This document shows positions 1-8,119 of a stretch of 64,000 bases of DNA, piece after piece. The translations under genes were made by a program, and so were the position numbers. Source of the stretch: Sulfurospirillaceae bacterium. GTDB lineage: Bacteria; Campylobacterota; Campylobacteria; Campylobacterales; Sulfurospirillaceae. Below the pieces are notes generated by a model. It did no database searches and was not told the origin of the DNA. It saw only the letters and a list, made by a program, of their open reading frames with translations. Numbering within the stretch: the first letter of the stretch is position 1; every line of letters starts with the position of its first letter. Location of the stretch: positions 1-64,000 of the forward strand of contig JAWVXD010000009.1 in NCBI GenBank assembly GCA_033723415.1. The letters are read 5' to 3'.

Positions 1-11
1 GTTTAAAAAAG

Positions 12-131
12 ATTAATTTCACATTTAATAAACAATCCTATAATTCTTTTACCAAGACGCAACCCTCCTTTTTATAGAACGAATATATTTTTTGAAAGAG
101 CGTCCGAGTTGCCCACCTCGGACGCAATTTC
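12..131 (+). repeat. Copy 1 of 120-bp direct repeat (period 271 bp)
   Basis: Matches 283-402 with 3 mismatches. Confidence 0.95.
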
Positions 132-142
132 CCTTCTTTTTT
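51..142 (+). ncRNA. Candidate small RNA, copy 1
   Basis: TATAAT at 39-44; CCCTCCTTT motif; 9-bp GC stem 100-108/117-125 then T-rich tail. Confidence 0.5.
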
Positions 143-282
143 AATTTTCAAGTAATATTTTAAAATTTCTAATACTAAAGAAAAGATGACACTGCCATTC
201 GACTTAATTTTTGTATAGTTTATAGAGTGTAAATCTCACAAATAAGATAAAACTTCTCCTATTTACTATTTATTTAACAAAA

Positions 283-402
283 ATTAATTTCGCATTTAAC
301 AAACAATCCTATAATTCTTTTACCAAGACGCAACCCTCCTTTTTATAGAACGAATATTTTTTTTGAAAGAGCGTCCGAGTTGCCCACCTCGGACGCAATT
401 TC
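283..402 (+). repeat. Copy 2 of 120-bp direct repeat
   Basis: Matches 12-131. Confidence 0.95.
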
Positions 403-413
403 GCCCTCTTTTT
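322..413 (+). ncRNA. Candidate small RNA, copy 2
   Basis: TATAAT at 310-315; stem 371-379/388-396. Confidence 0.5.
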
Positions 414-443
414 AGTTTATTTTTCTTATGGTATAATCCGCAA

Positions 444-1943
444 ATGAAATTATTAATCTTTTTAACCGTATTTTTACTAAATCTTTTTGCTTCAACCCTG
501 CATCTATCAATAAGTGCAAATCCAAGTAGGATAAATCCAATACTTTCGACTGATAGTGCCAGTAGTGAAATCACTCAATTTTTGTTTAATTCTCTAATAA
601 AGTATGACAAATTTGGAAAGATCAAATGTTCATTGGCAACAAGTTACGAGTTTAAAGATAAAACAACACTTATCTTTCATCTGAGACATGGAGTCAAGTG
701 GAGTGACGGTGCCCCTTTTACTGCAAAAGATGTCGTATTTACTTATAAGACTATAATCTCTCCTAAGATTTTTACTCCTTATTCTTCAAGTTTTACACAC
801 ATAAAAAGTGTCGAAGCGCTTGATGATTATACCGTGAAAGTTACGTACAAATATCCCTATTTTAATGCTTTAGAGACTTGGATGATGGAAATATTGCCAA
901 GGCATATTTTGAAAAATGATAAAAACCTCATGACAAGCAAGTTTAACCAAGCTCCTATAGGAACAGGACCATATACTCTAAAAAAGTTTTCTATCTCAAG
1001 CGATATAGAACTAGAAGCAAACCCTAACTATTTTATACATAAACCCTATATAGACAAGATCATCTTTCATTATCTGCCTGACAGCTCGGCAAATTTTTTG
1101 ATGTTAAAATCAGGATTATTGGATGTCGGTTCTTTGTCACCTTTGCAGTTAAAAAGGCAGATAGATAGTGATTTTAAGAAAAAATTTAATATCTACGAAT
1201 CTCCTGCTCACTCTTATGAGTACTTGGGATTTAATCTAAAAAATAAGAAATTTGCAAATCCTCTTGTCAGAAAAGCGCTATCTTTGGCAATAGATAGAGA
1301 AGAACTTGTTAAAATTTTATATTTTGGACACGGTAAAGTCTGTACAGGACCTTTTATGCCAGGAACCGGAGCATTTAATAAAAATGTCAAGGCTCCAAAA
1401 CAAGATATTAAAAAGGCAAAAGAGCTGTTAAAACAAGCAGGCTATGACAGCGCTCATCCTCTCACGTTTGAGATCACGACAAGCACAGGATCGGTACGAT
1501 CTTATATCGCTCAAATCTTACAGCACCAACTAAAAAAATCAGGTGTGATAGTAAAGCTTAGGATCATGGAGTGGCAAGCCTTTTTAAATACAGTAGTCTT
1601 GCCTAAAAAATTCGAAGCAGTGCTGCTTGGCTGGTCAGTTGGATTAAAGCCTGATGCCTATAGTATTTGGGATAGTGAGTCTTATAAAAAAGGCGGTTTT
1701 AATTTTGTAGGATATAAGAATATTGAGGTAGACAAGCTTATCAAAAAAGCTGAACGTACGATTGATACTGCGAAATTCGATGCTATATATCGTAAGATCT
1801 TCAAGCTTATAGTCAATGACAATCCTTATCTTTTTTTAGTTATACCAAACTCTATTACCGTTGTGAGCAAAAAGATCTCTCCGGTATCTCCTTCTATCAT
1901 AGGGGTGATGCATAATCTAATAGATTGGAAAAAAGAAAACTAA
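444..1943 (+). CDS. Peptide ABC transporter substrate-binding protein (family 5)
   Basis: Signal peptide from Met at 444; LRHGVKWSDG and PIGTGPY motifs; TGGTATAAT at 429-437. Confidence 0.9.
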   Translation: MKLLIFLTVFLLNLFASTLHLSISANPSRINPILSTDSASSEITQFLFNSLIKYDKFGKIKCSLATSYEFKDKTTLIFHLRHGVKWSDGAPFTAKDVVFTYKTIISPKIFTPYSSSFTHIKSVEALDDYTVKVTYKYPYFNALETWMMEILPRHILKNDKNLMTSKFNQAPIGTGPYTLKKFSISSDIELEANPNYFIHKPYIDKIIFHYLPDSSANFLMLKSGLLDVGSLSPLQLKRQIDSDFKKKFNIYESPAHSYEYLGFNLKNKKFANPLVRKALSLAIDREELVKILYFGHGKVCTGPFMPGTGAFNKNVKAPKQDIKKAKELLKQAGYDSAHPLTFEITTSTGSVRSYIAQILQHQLKKSGVIVKLRIMEWQAFLNTVVLPKKFEAVLLGWSVGLKPDAYSIWDSESYKKGGFNFVGYKNIEVDKLIKKAERTIDTAKFDAIYRKIFKLIVNDNPYLFLVIPNSITVVSKKISPVSPSIIGVMHNLIDWKKEN

Positions 1944-2000
1944 CAAACATTACACAAAATATCAATATAATAGTCATAATATTTTTTACAACAGGAGTAT

Positions 2001-2969
2001 ATGATGTATATTTTGAAAAAACCCAGTTGGTATATAAGTGAAAATGAAGTCACCCCTGAGGAGTTATTTGAAAAGAGAAGACATTTTTTAAAACTTGGGA
2101 TCGCCAGTACGGTTTCACTTTCTGTGATAGTAGAAAAACTGGCAGCGATTGAGAGTGAGCATAGGATGCCTTTAAAATTCAAAAAAACAGATTTTGGTAA
2201 AGGTTTGGAACTCAACTCCTTTCATCAAGCGAGTACATACAATAACTTTTATGAGTTTTCTCTAGACAAAGACAAGCCGGCAAAGATGGCACAGACGTTA
2301 AAACCAAGTCCTTGGAATGTGAAAATTTCAGGAGAAGTCGAGAATCCTATGGATATAAGCTTAGAAGAGATCTATTCATCTTATCCGCTTGAAGAGAGGA
2401 TATACAGATTTCGCTGTGTCGAGGGCTGGTCTATGGTCTTGCCATGGATTGGTTTTCCGCTTTCTTACATACTAAAAAAAGCGAAACCTACCTCAAAAGC
2501 TAAGTTTGTCAAGTTCACGACACTTTTTGATCCCAAACAGTTTCCAGATCAAGCAAGTAGTATCTTTGGCGGTAACATCCCTTATCCTTATGTCGAAGGA
2601 CTGAGAATAGATGAAGCTATGAATGATCTCACTCTGTTAAGCGTTGGTATGTATGGTAAAGCATTGCCAAATCAAAACGGCGCTCCGATCAGACTTGTAG
2701 TGCCTTGGAAGTATGGATTTAAAAGTATTAAGTCCATCGTCAGCATTGAATTAGTGGAGGAAGAACCTTTGAATACTTGGAAAAAAGTAAATTCTAACGA
2801 ATACGGCTTTTATGCAAACGTCAATCCTCATGTTGATCATCCAAGATGGTCACAGGCGAGGGAGCGAAAACTCGGTAGTTTTTGGAAGCAAAAGACACTT
2901 ATGTTCAACGGCTACGAAAAAGAGGTGGCATCCATGTATAAAGGTATGGATTTGAGAAAATATAAATGA
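2001..2969 (+). CDS. msrP: Periplasmic methionine sulfoxide reductase, Mo catalytic subunit
   Basis: Tat motif [41 protein letters not shown]. Confidence 0.95.
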   Translation: MMYILKKPSWYISENEVTPEELFEKRRHFLKLGIASTVSLSVIVEKLAAIESEHRMPLKFKKTDFGKGLELNSFHQASTYNNFYEFSLDKDKPAKMAQTLKPSPWNVKISGEVENPMDISLEEIYSSYPLEERIYRFRCVEGWSMVLPWIGFPLSYILKKAKPTSKAKFVKFTTLFDPKQFPDQASSIFGGNIPYPYVEGLRIDEAMNDLTLLSVGMYGKALPNQNGAPIRLVVPWKYGFKSIKSIVSIELVEEEPLNTWKKVNSNEYGFYANVNPHVDHPRWSQARERKLGSFWKQKTLMFNGYEKEVASMYKGMDLRKYK

Positions 2970-3511
2970 AAAAAAAGTTCATAATTTCGATATTTCTTTT
3001 GTTACCGTTGGCATATTTACTGATTAATTTGAAAGATGCTATTGACCCGATTAAGTATATCTATATAATCACGGGAAGAACCGCTTTGATCTTACTTATG
3101 ATTACCTTGTCCGCTTCAATACTTCGAAGAGTCGTCAATTTCATGAAATATCGAAAGCTTCTTGGGTTATTTTCCTTTTTTTATGCATTTTTGCATTTTC
3201 TAAATTTTATCATTCTCGGTACCCAATTTGATCTTGCTTTGGTGGCAAAAGAGACGTATGAAAAACCGTTCGTCTATCTTGGTATGATCTCGTTTGCCGT
3301 ACTTCTCTTTATGAGCATTACTTCGACCAAGAAGCTTTTTGTGAAGTATCATAAGTGGCATAGGCTGGTTTATATAGTTTTGATCTTGTTGACGATTCAT
3401 GCTTCTATGGCACAAAAAGTCTTGAGCTGGAGGGAGTATTCTTATATGCTCGCTGCGTTTATCTTACTTAGTTTGAGAATGGATCTTAAAAAAAGATTTC
3501 AAAGCCGTTAA
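2966..3511 (+). CDS. msrQ: Heme-binding membrane subunit of MsrPQ
   Basis: Overlaps msrP stop; RKLLGL, His ligands, WHRLVY. Confidence 0.9.
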   Translation: MKKKFIISIFLLLPLAYLLINLKDAIDPIKYIYIITGRTALILLMITLSASILRRVVNFMKYRKLLGLFSFFYAFLHFLNFIILGTQFDLALVAKETYEKPFVYLGMISFAVLLFMSITSTKKLFVKYHKWHRLVYIVLILLTIHASMAQKVLSWREYSYMLAAFILLSLRMDLKKRFQSR

Positions 3512-4668
3512 GGTGTCGGAAATGTTAGAAAAAATGTTGTTTTACCTTTGAGTATTGATTCTACTTTGATTTTCACGTCATACTCTTGACATATACGCTG
3601 AACGATATCAAGTCCTATCCCAAAGCCGCCTTCTTCATTTGCATTTCTTCGCTCAAATCTTTTAAATATAGCTTTTTGATCTTCTTCTTTGATGCCTTCG
3701 CCCTGATTTATGATACACAAAGTGTGATCTTTTAACATCACTTCTATAACACTTTTGGGGTAGCTGTATTTTATGGCATTTGAGAGAAGATTGTTGATGA
3801 TTTTTTGGATTCTTGTTTTATCTAAAAAGACATCGGTTTGTTCAAGAGAACATTTGATGCTATTGCCTTTACTTGCTGCAATCTCATCAAAAAACCTGAC
3901 ACTTTCTTCGACAAGCTCTTTAAGATCGAACCTCTCATCAAACCTCTCATCTACGTCATTGAACGCGATAAAGGAGAGAGTATTGTAGATTTGAGATATA
4001 AGTTTTGCACTTACAGAAATATGGTTGATGATTCTTTGATTTATCTCTTTTGAATTCTTTAGAGTAGAGGCACTCATCATGAGAGCAGATACTGGAGTAT
4101 TTAGTTCATGTGAACTGTCTTTTATGAAACGATTTAGTTTTTGTATCCTGCTTCTAGCAGGGCTTAGAAGTATCTTACTGAGCCAATATCCTATAAAGAA
4201 GACAAACATCATGGAAATCAGAGTTGTTACGACGAGCAGTGTGATCAATTTTATTTTATCTTTAGCTATGGCATCTGTTTCCACAACGATATAGGCAACC
4301 TTTAATATGTTAGGTTCCAGTTTCTGTATATGATAATTGTGTTTGTTGTTTTTGTAAGCTAGTTTAGAAAAGTATATGTTATTGTCTTTTAAATTTGAGT
4401 AAAGTTTTTTAGTGTTTGCATCAAAAAGTCCGACCCTTAAGTCGCCTTTTGGTGATTTGAATTTGTACGGGATCTTTTCCATTTCTGCATGCATCAACTC
4501 TTTTTCAGTCCATAGTGCAGCATTTCTCATCTCCATACTACAGCTGTCTTGGATAGAGACTATGCCTTTGTTGTAGTAAAGAACAGCGATTATTGATATC
4601 AATATAAATGCCGAGAGTGTATATATGATCAAAAAACTATACAGTGCCTTTTTTTCTTCGTTATTCAA
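3508..4668 (-). CDS. Sensor histidine kinase
   Basis: Two TM segments; HELNTP, NLLSNAIKY, GFGIGL boxes. Confidence 0.95.
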   Translation of the reverse strand: MNNEEKKALYSFLIIYTLSAFILISIIAVLYYNKGIVSIQDSCSMEMRNAALWTEKELMHAEMEKIPYKFKSPKGDLRVGLFDANTKKLYSNLKDNNIYFSKLAYKNNKHNYHIQKLEPNILKVAYIVVETDAIAKDKIKLITLLVVTTLISMMFVFFIGYWLSKILLSPARSRIQKLNRFIKDSSHELNTPVSALMMSASTLKNSKEINQRIINHISVSAKLISQIYNTLSFIAFNDVDERFDERFDLKELVEESVRFFDEIAASKGNSIKCSLEQTDVFLDKTRIQKIINNLLSNAIKYSYPKSVIEVMLKDHTLCIINQGEGIKEEDQKAIFKRFERRNANEEGGFGIGLDIVQRICQEYDVKIKVESILKGKTTFFLTFPTP

Positions 4669-5317
4669 AGTAGTAGCCGCTCCCTCTGATGGTTTTTATC
4701 TTATCTTTCCCGATGAGGTTACGGAGATTTTTGATGTAGACCCGTATAGTCGCATCGCTTGGCATATCTTCAAATTCCCAGATATTTTGAATAAGCTCAT
4801 CTGAGGAGATCACCCTTTGTTTCCTACTGCTAAGGTATAAGAGTATCTCGATCTCTTTTCTAGCAAGTTGAAACTCCTTCCTATCGACAAATAGGAGATT
4901 TTTGGAAGGGATCATGTAGATTGATCTGCCGATGGTTATCTTATCGTTATTTTCGATGCTAAATCTCTTTTTTATATTGTTGATCCGAAGATCCAACTCT
5001 TCCAGGTCAAAAGGTTTTTTTATATAATCATCGCAGCCGCCCTCAAAGCCGCTTTTCAAATGTTTAGTGTCTTGATATGCAGTTATGAGGATGATCGGTG
5101 TGGTTTTACTGTATGATCTTATACTTTTTAGTACCTCTATACCGTTTAGTTTCGGTACGTTTATATCAAGTATCATTAGGTCAAACTTGTTTGAACTTGC
5201 TTCATCCAAAGCACTCTCTCCATCACTGACATGTACGACTTGATTGACATCTTTTTTAAGGTGATGGAAAAGAAGATCGGCTAGTATGTTATCATCTTCT
5301 AAGAGTAAGATTTTCAT
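4661..5317 (-). CDS. OmpR-family response regulator
   Basis: LLLEDD, DINVP, DDYIKKPF; winged-helix end IKTIRGSGY. Confidence 0.95.
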   Translation of the reverse strand: MKILLLEDDNILADLLFHHLKKDVNQVVHVSDGESALDEASSNKFDLMILDINVPKLNGIEVLKSIRSYSKTTPIILITAYQDTKHLKSGFEGGCDDYIKKPFDLEELDLRINNIKKRFSIENNDKITIGRSIYMIPSKNLLFVDRKEFQLARKEIEILLYLSSRKQRVISSDELIQNIWEFEDMPSDATIRVYIKNLRNLIGKDKIKTIRGSGYYFE

Positions 5318-5341
5318 TATTTCTTCTTTTTGATTTTGTTT

Positions 5342-5350
5342 ATTATAGCA
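5342..5350 (-). promoter_or_regulatory. Extended -10 promoter (TGCTATAAT) for the two-component genes
   Basis: Exact TGnTATAAT about 25 nt upstream of the regulator start. Confidence 0.6.
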
Positions 5351-5351
5351 T

Positions 5352-5789
5352 TTATTTCTTTTTGAATAAAAAATTATCTATGCTTATTTTCCCGGCTCCA
5401 AATGACAAAAATATAAGTAAAAATATCATATAGTAAAGCGGGATCTCAAATCCATTATCAGCGGCGTGAAAACCGTTTGGTAAGTGTACTGTAGTGATCG
5501 CTACTATCATTATGACTATAAGCGGGATTGAGATGAACCTCGTCAACAAACCTAAAGTCAGTAAAACAACACCCAATATCTCCGTACTTGCGGACAGATA
5601 AGCATTAACAAGAGGGAAAGGGATGCCAAGCGTTCCAAACCAGGCTGCAACAGCATCTATATTGCCGAATTTTTTCATAGCAGGCGTATAAAACCCATAA
5701 GCGACGATCACTCTTGCTAACAGCAGGCTGAGACTTTGTAGGTTGCTCATCTTTCTTTCTATGTTTAGATAACAATCTCTTAAACACAT
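5352..5789 (-). CDS. DoxX-family membrane protein (BufD/HvfX-like)
   Basis: LGIPFP, GLLTR, NGFEIP, GAGKISID; start set by AAGGA RBS. Confidence 0.9.
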   Translation of the reverse strand: MCLRDCYLNIERKMSNLQSLSLLLARVIVAYGFYTPAMKKFGNIDAVAAWFGTLGIPFPLVNAYLSASTEILGVVLLTLGLLTRFISIPLIVIMIVAITTVHLPNGFHAADNGFEIPLYYMIFLLIFLSFGAGKISIDNFLFKKK

Positions 5790-5790
5790 T

Positions 5791-6489
5791 TTATTTCCTT
5801 TTGTTGTTTTGGCCCAACACGCCAAGCTTATAAAGCTCTTTTAGTGTCGGTTTTAGAAAATCTATGACGACTTTTGGTGATTCTTCTGTCAAGTTTGATA
5901 TCTTCTCGATGCCTTTGTGGATACCGTCTTTGTTTATTGTTTTTATAAAAATATACAAAATTTGCGAAATTTCCCGAAAAAATACTTGATCCTTTGCAAA
6001 ATCATAATAAGCAAGTAAAAAGAATGTACCGGGTTCATCAAACTTCTTCTCATGCACTTTAAACTTGATCTTTTTTAGCGCACAAGAATCACTTTTTTTG
6101 TATTTCTTTTTATAGTCAAATTTGACGACATTTCTATCTTTGTAGTTTTTCATCATGAGCTTGATCTCGATCCACTCGAACCACAAAAGATCATCCACAT
6201 ATTTCATGGTCTTAAAAAGTTTTTTCTTTTTGACAAAGTCTCGAAATTCATTTGGAACTTTCCAGATGTAGGGAGTCTTTGCTCCATCATTCATAAATCT
6301 ATATATGTTTTGTTCAAACTCTTCTTTATCTACGATTTCAAAAAAGATAGGAAAAGCATTGCTCAAGACTTCGTAAAAACGAGAGCATATAAGCTCTTGA
6401 TATGCCCTCAATCCTCTTTGCTCGATCGGTGGTTTTTCGATTGTTTTTGCAACATCAATGATCTTTTTTTGTTCTTTAAACTCTATCAT
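5791..6489 (-). CDS. DUF2063-type MNIO partner protein (BufC/HvfC-like)
   Basis: LRAYQEL..RFYEVLSNAFP, VPNEF, DLLWFEWIE; between DUF692 and DoxX genes. Confidence 0.8.
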   Translation of the reverse strand: MIEFKEQKKIIDVAKTIEKPPIEQRGLRAYQELICSRFYEVLSNAFPIFFEIVDKEEFEQNIYRFMNDGAKTPYIWKVPNEFRDFVKKKKLFKTMKYVDDLLWFEWIEIKLMMKNYKDRNVVKFDYKKKYKKSDSCALKKIKFKVHEKKFDEPGTFFLLAYYDFAKDQVFFREISQILYIFIKTINKDGIHKGIEKISNLTEESPKVVIDFLKPTLKELYKLGVLGQNNKRK

Positions 6490-7303
6490 GACGTACTCCA
6501 TTGAGTAGTTTTTGCAATTTTTTATACTCTTTTTCCAAAGTTTTATATGGCGGTATGTTATTGTCTCTCTCGATCATGACAGGAGTATCTGTTTTTGATA
6601 AAGTATGTTTCAATAATTCCCATACCTGATCAGCTACAGGCATACCGTGGGAGTCTATGATGAGAGCTAGTTCGTCATCTTTATAATGTCCGGCTACGTG
6701 TATGTAAGCAGCCTTTGAAATATCTAGCTCATCTAGAAAAGAGATCGCATCATAGCCGTGATTTTCAGAGTTCACAAATACATTGTTGACATCCAATAGC
6801 AGTTTTGCGCCGGACTTGTCTAACACCATATTTATAAACTCGGATTCACTTAGATCAGATTGCGGTGTGTGATAATAAGTAGCATTTTCCAAGATGAGAT
6901 TTCTTTGCAGTATATCTTCAACCACTTTGACTTTATCACTGACATGCAATGCCATCTTTTTAGTCATAGGAAGTGGAAGAAGCTCATATGTCTGATTTGC
7001 TCCAAAAGAGCTAAAACTCAAGTGTTCGGAATAATACTTGATGCCGTATCTGTCTAAAAATTGCTTGATCTCTTTTAAGAATTTTTTATTAACCGATTCC
7101 GGGGACCCGATAGATAAAGAAAGCCCGTGAGCTAAAGTCGGTCTGAGTGCGACTGTTTCTTCAAATTTTTCTCTATGATGATATGGCATATATATCCAAT
7201 TTTCAGGAGTTACCTCCCAAAAATCAGGCAAAAAGCCATCTACTGCTATCTCATGAAGAAAATCTCGCCTAAGTCCTAGCCCACAGCCTTTTATATCTAT
7301 CAT
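6476..7303 (-). CDS. DUF692 multinuclear non-heme iron oxidative enzyme (MNIO, BufB/HvfB-like)
   Basis: GLGLRR, EVTPEN, HGLSLS, SEHLS, LENA, DVNN, HVAGH, DSH, IERD. Confidence 0.95.
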   Translation of the reverse strand: MIDIKGCGLGLRRDFLHEIAVDGFLPDFWEVTPENWIYMPYHHREKFEETVALRPTLAHGLSLSIGSPESVNKKFLKEIKQFLDRYGIKYYSEHLSFSSFGANQTYELLPLPMTKKMALHVSDKVKVVEDILQRNLILENATYYHTPQSDLSESEFINMVLDKSGAKLLLDVNNVFVNSENHGYDAISFLDELDISKAAYIHVAGHYKDDELALIIDSHGMPVADQVWELLKHTLSKTDTPVMIERDNNIPPYKTLEKEYKKLQKLLNGVRHDRV

Positions 7304-7312
7304 GAAAGATTC

Positions 7313-7597
7313 CTAATTTGCTTTTTTAGAACTTCCGCAAGTTCCAACTCCGCATTTGCCGTTATTGGCTTTTTTGAGAGCTGCTTCTTTTTCCATAGCC
7401 GCTTTTTTTGCCGCACCACAAGTAATGTTGGCGCTTTTTTTATCGCTTGAGGTCATGGATTGTGAGCTTTTTTTGGATCCGCTACAGCTTCCTGCTCCTA
7501 CTTTATCGTTGCTCCCGCTGGCAACTGCAGTAGTTGCCGTGATGATTGTAGCTCCTAAAAGAGCGCCTGCCAATTTTAATTTGCTTGAAGTTTTCAT
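7313..7597 (-). CDS. Exported Cys/Gly-motif RiPP precursor (HvfA-like)
   Basis: Sec signal ending AVA; low-complexity Lys/Ser/Ala body with 4 Cys; GKCGVGTCG; first gene of MNIO operon. Confidence 0.85.
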   Translation of the reverse strand: MKTSSKLKLAGALLGATIITATTAVASGSNDKVGAGSCSGSKKSSQSMTSSDKKSANITCGAAKKAAMEKEAALKKANNGKCGVGTCGSSKKAN

Positions 7598-7628
7598 TTT
7601 GTCTTCCCTTATGTTGATTTGTAACGGA

Positions 7629-7683
7629 AGTATAATTATATTGCGTGTAGGCAGTGTAAAAACAACGTGTAGGCAACGTGTAG
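7629..7683 (-). promoter_or_regulatory. Promoter of RiPP operon with tandem CTACACG boxes
   Basis: + strand CGTGTAG at 7644, 7666, 7677 and GTGTAA at 7654; -10 candidates at 7635-7640 and 7629-7634. Confidence 0.7.
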
Positions 7684-7719
7684 TGAGTATAAAGATATGG
7701 GAGATGTTATGGGAGCAGT

Positions 7720-7968
7720 TTACTGCTCTTCTAAGATCTTTATCTTCTTTTTGGCATTTTTTCTTACGAAATAAAATCCTAATAAAGAAAAAACGGTGAT
7801 TGCAACATATTCAAAAGCTATAGAAGATACTGTGAGTTTGTTGTCCAGAATATGCATGATGTCTTGGGCTATGTTCCAGCCTCCAAACATGGTTAAAAGT
7901 ACAAACATATAGTATCTGGCAGGACTTTTTACTACAAAATATAACTCTGCTACTTGTGAATCTTTCAT
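7720..7968 (-). CDS. Small hypothetical membrane protein
   Basis: Two hydrophobic segments; AAGGA RBS. Confidence 0.65.
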   Translation of the reverse strand: MKDSQVAELYFVVKSPARYYMFVLLTMFGGWNIAQDIMHILDNKLTVSSIAFEYVAITVFSLLGFYFVRKNAKKKIKILEEQ

Positions 7969-8119
7969 CTATCTTCCTTGTGAATTTTTTCGTATTATAC
8001 CAATTAATATATTTGATTGTACTAAGAGTTTTGTGATGTTTTGAGTGCTTGTCCGATGAGTTTTATTTAAGTTTTAAAGTTGTAGAATAAATTTACTATA
8101 AAATTTGTTATGAAGGACT

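Noticed and set aside
3..72. Minus-strand 19-codon peptide after AAGGAGG in both repeat copies (type I toxin idea)
   Set aside because: TTG start lies 1 nt from the SD and the ORF runs through the + strand promoter; not excluded, but poorly supported
12..402. CRISPR array
   Set aside because: Only two 120-bp units with a ~150-bp spacer; no cas genes
363..443. N-terminal extension of the first binding protein
   Set aside because: Runs through the repeat hairpin and promoter; the signal peptide begins at 444
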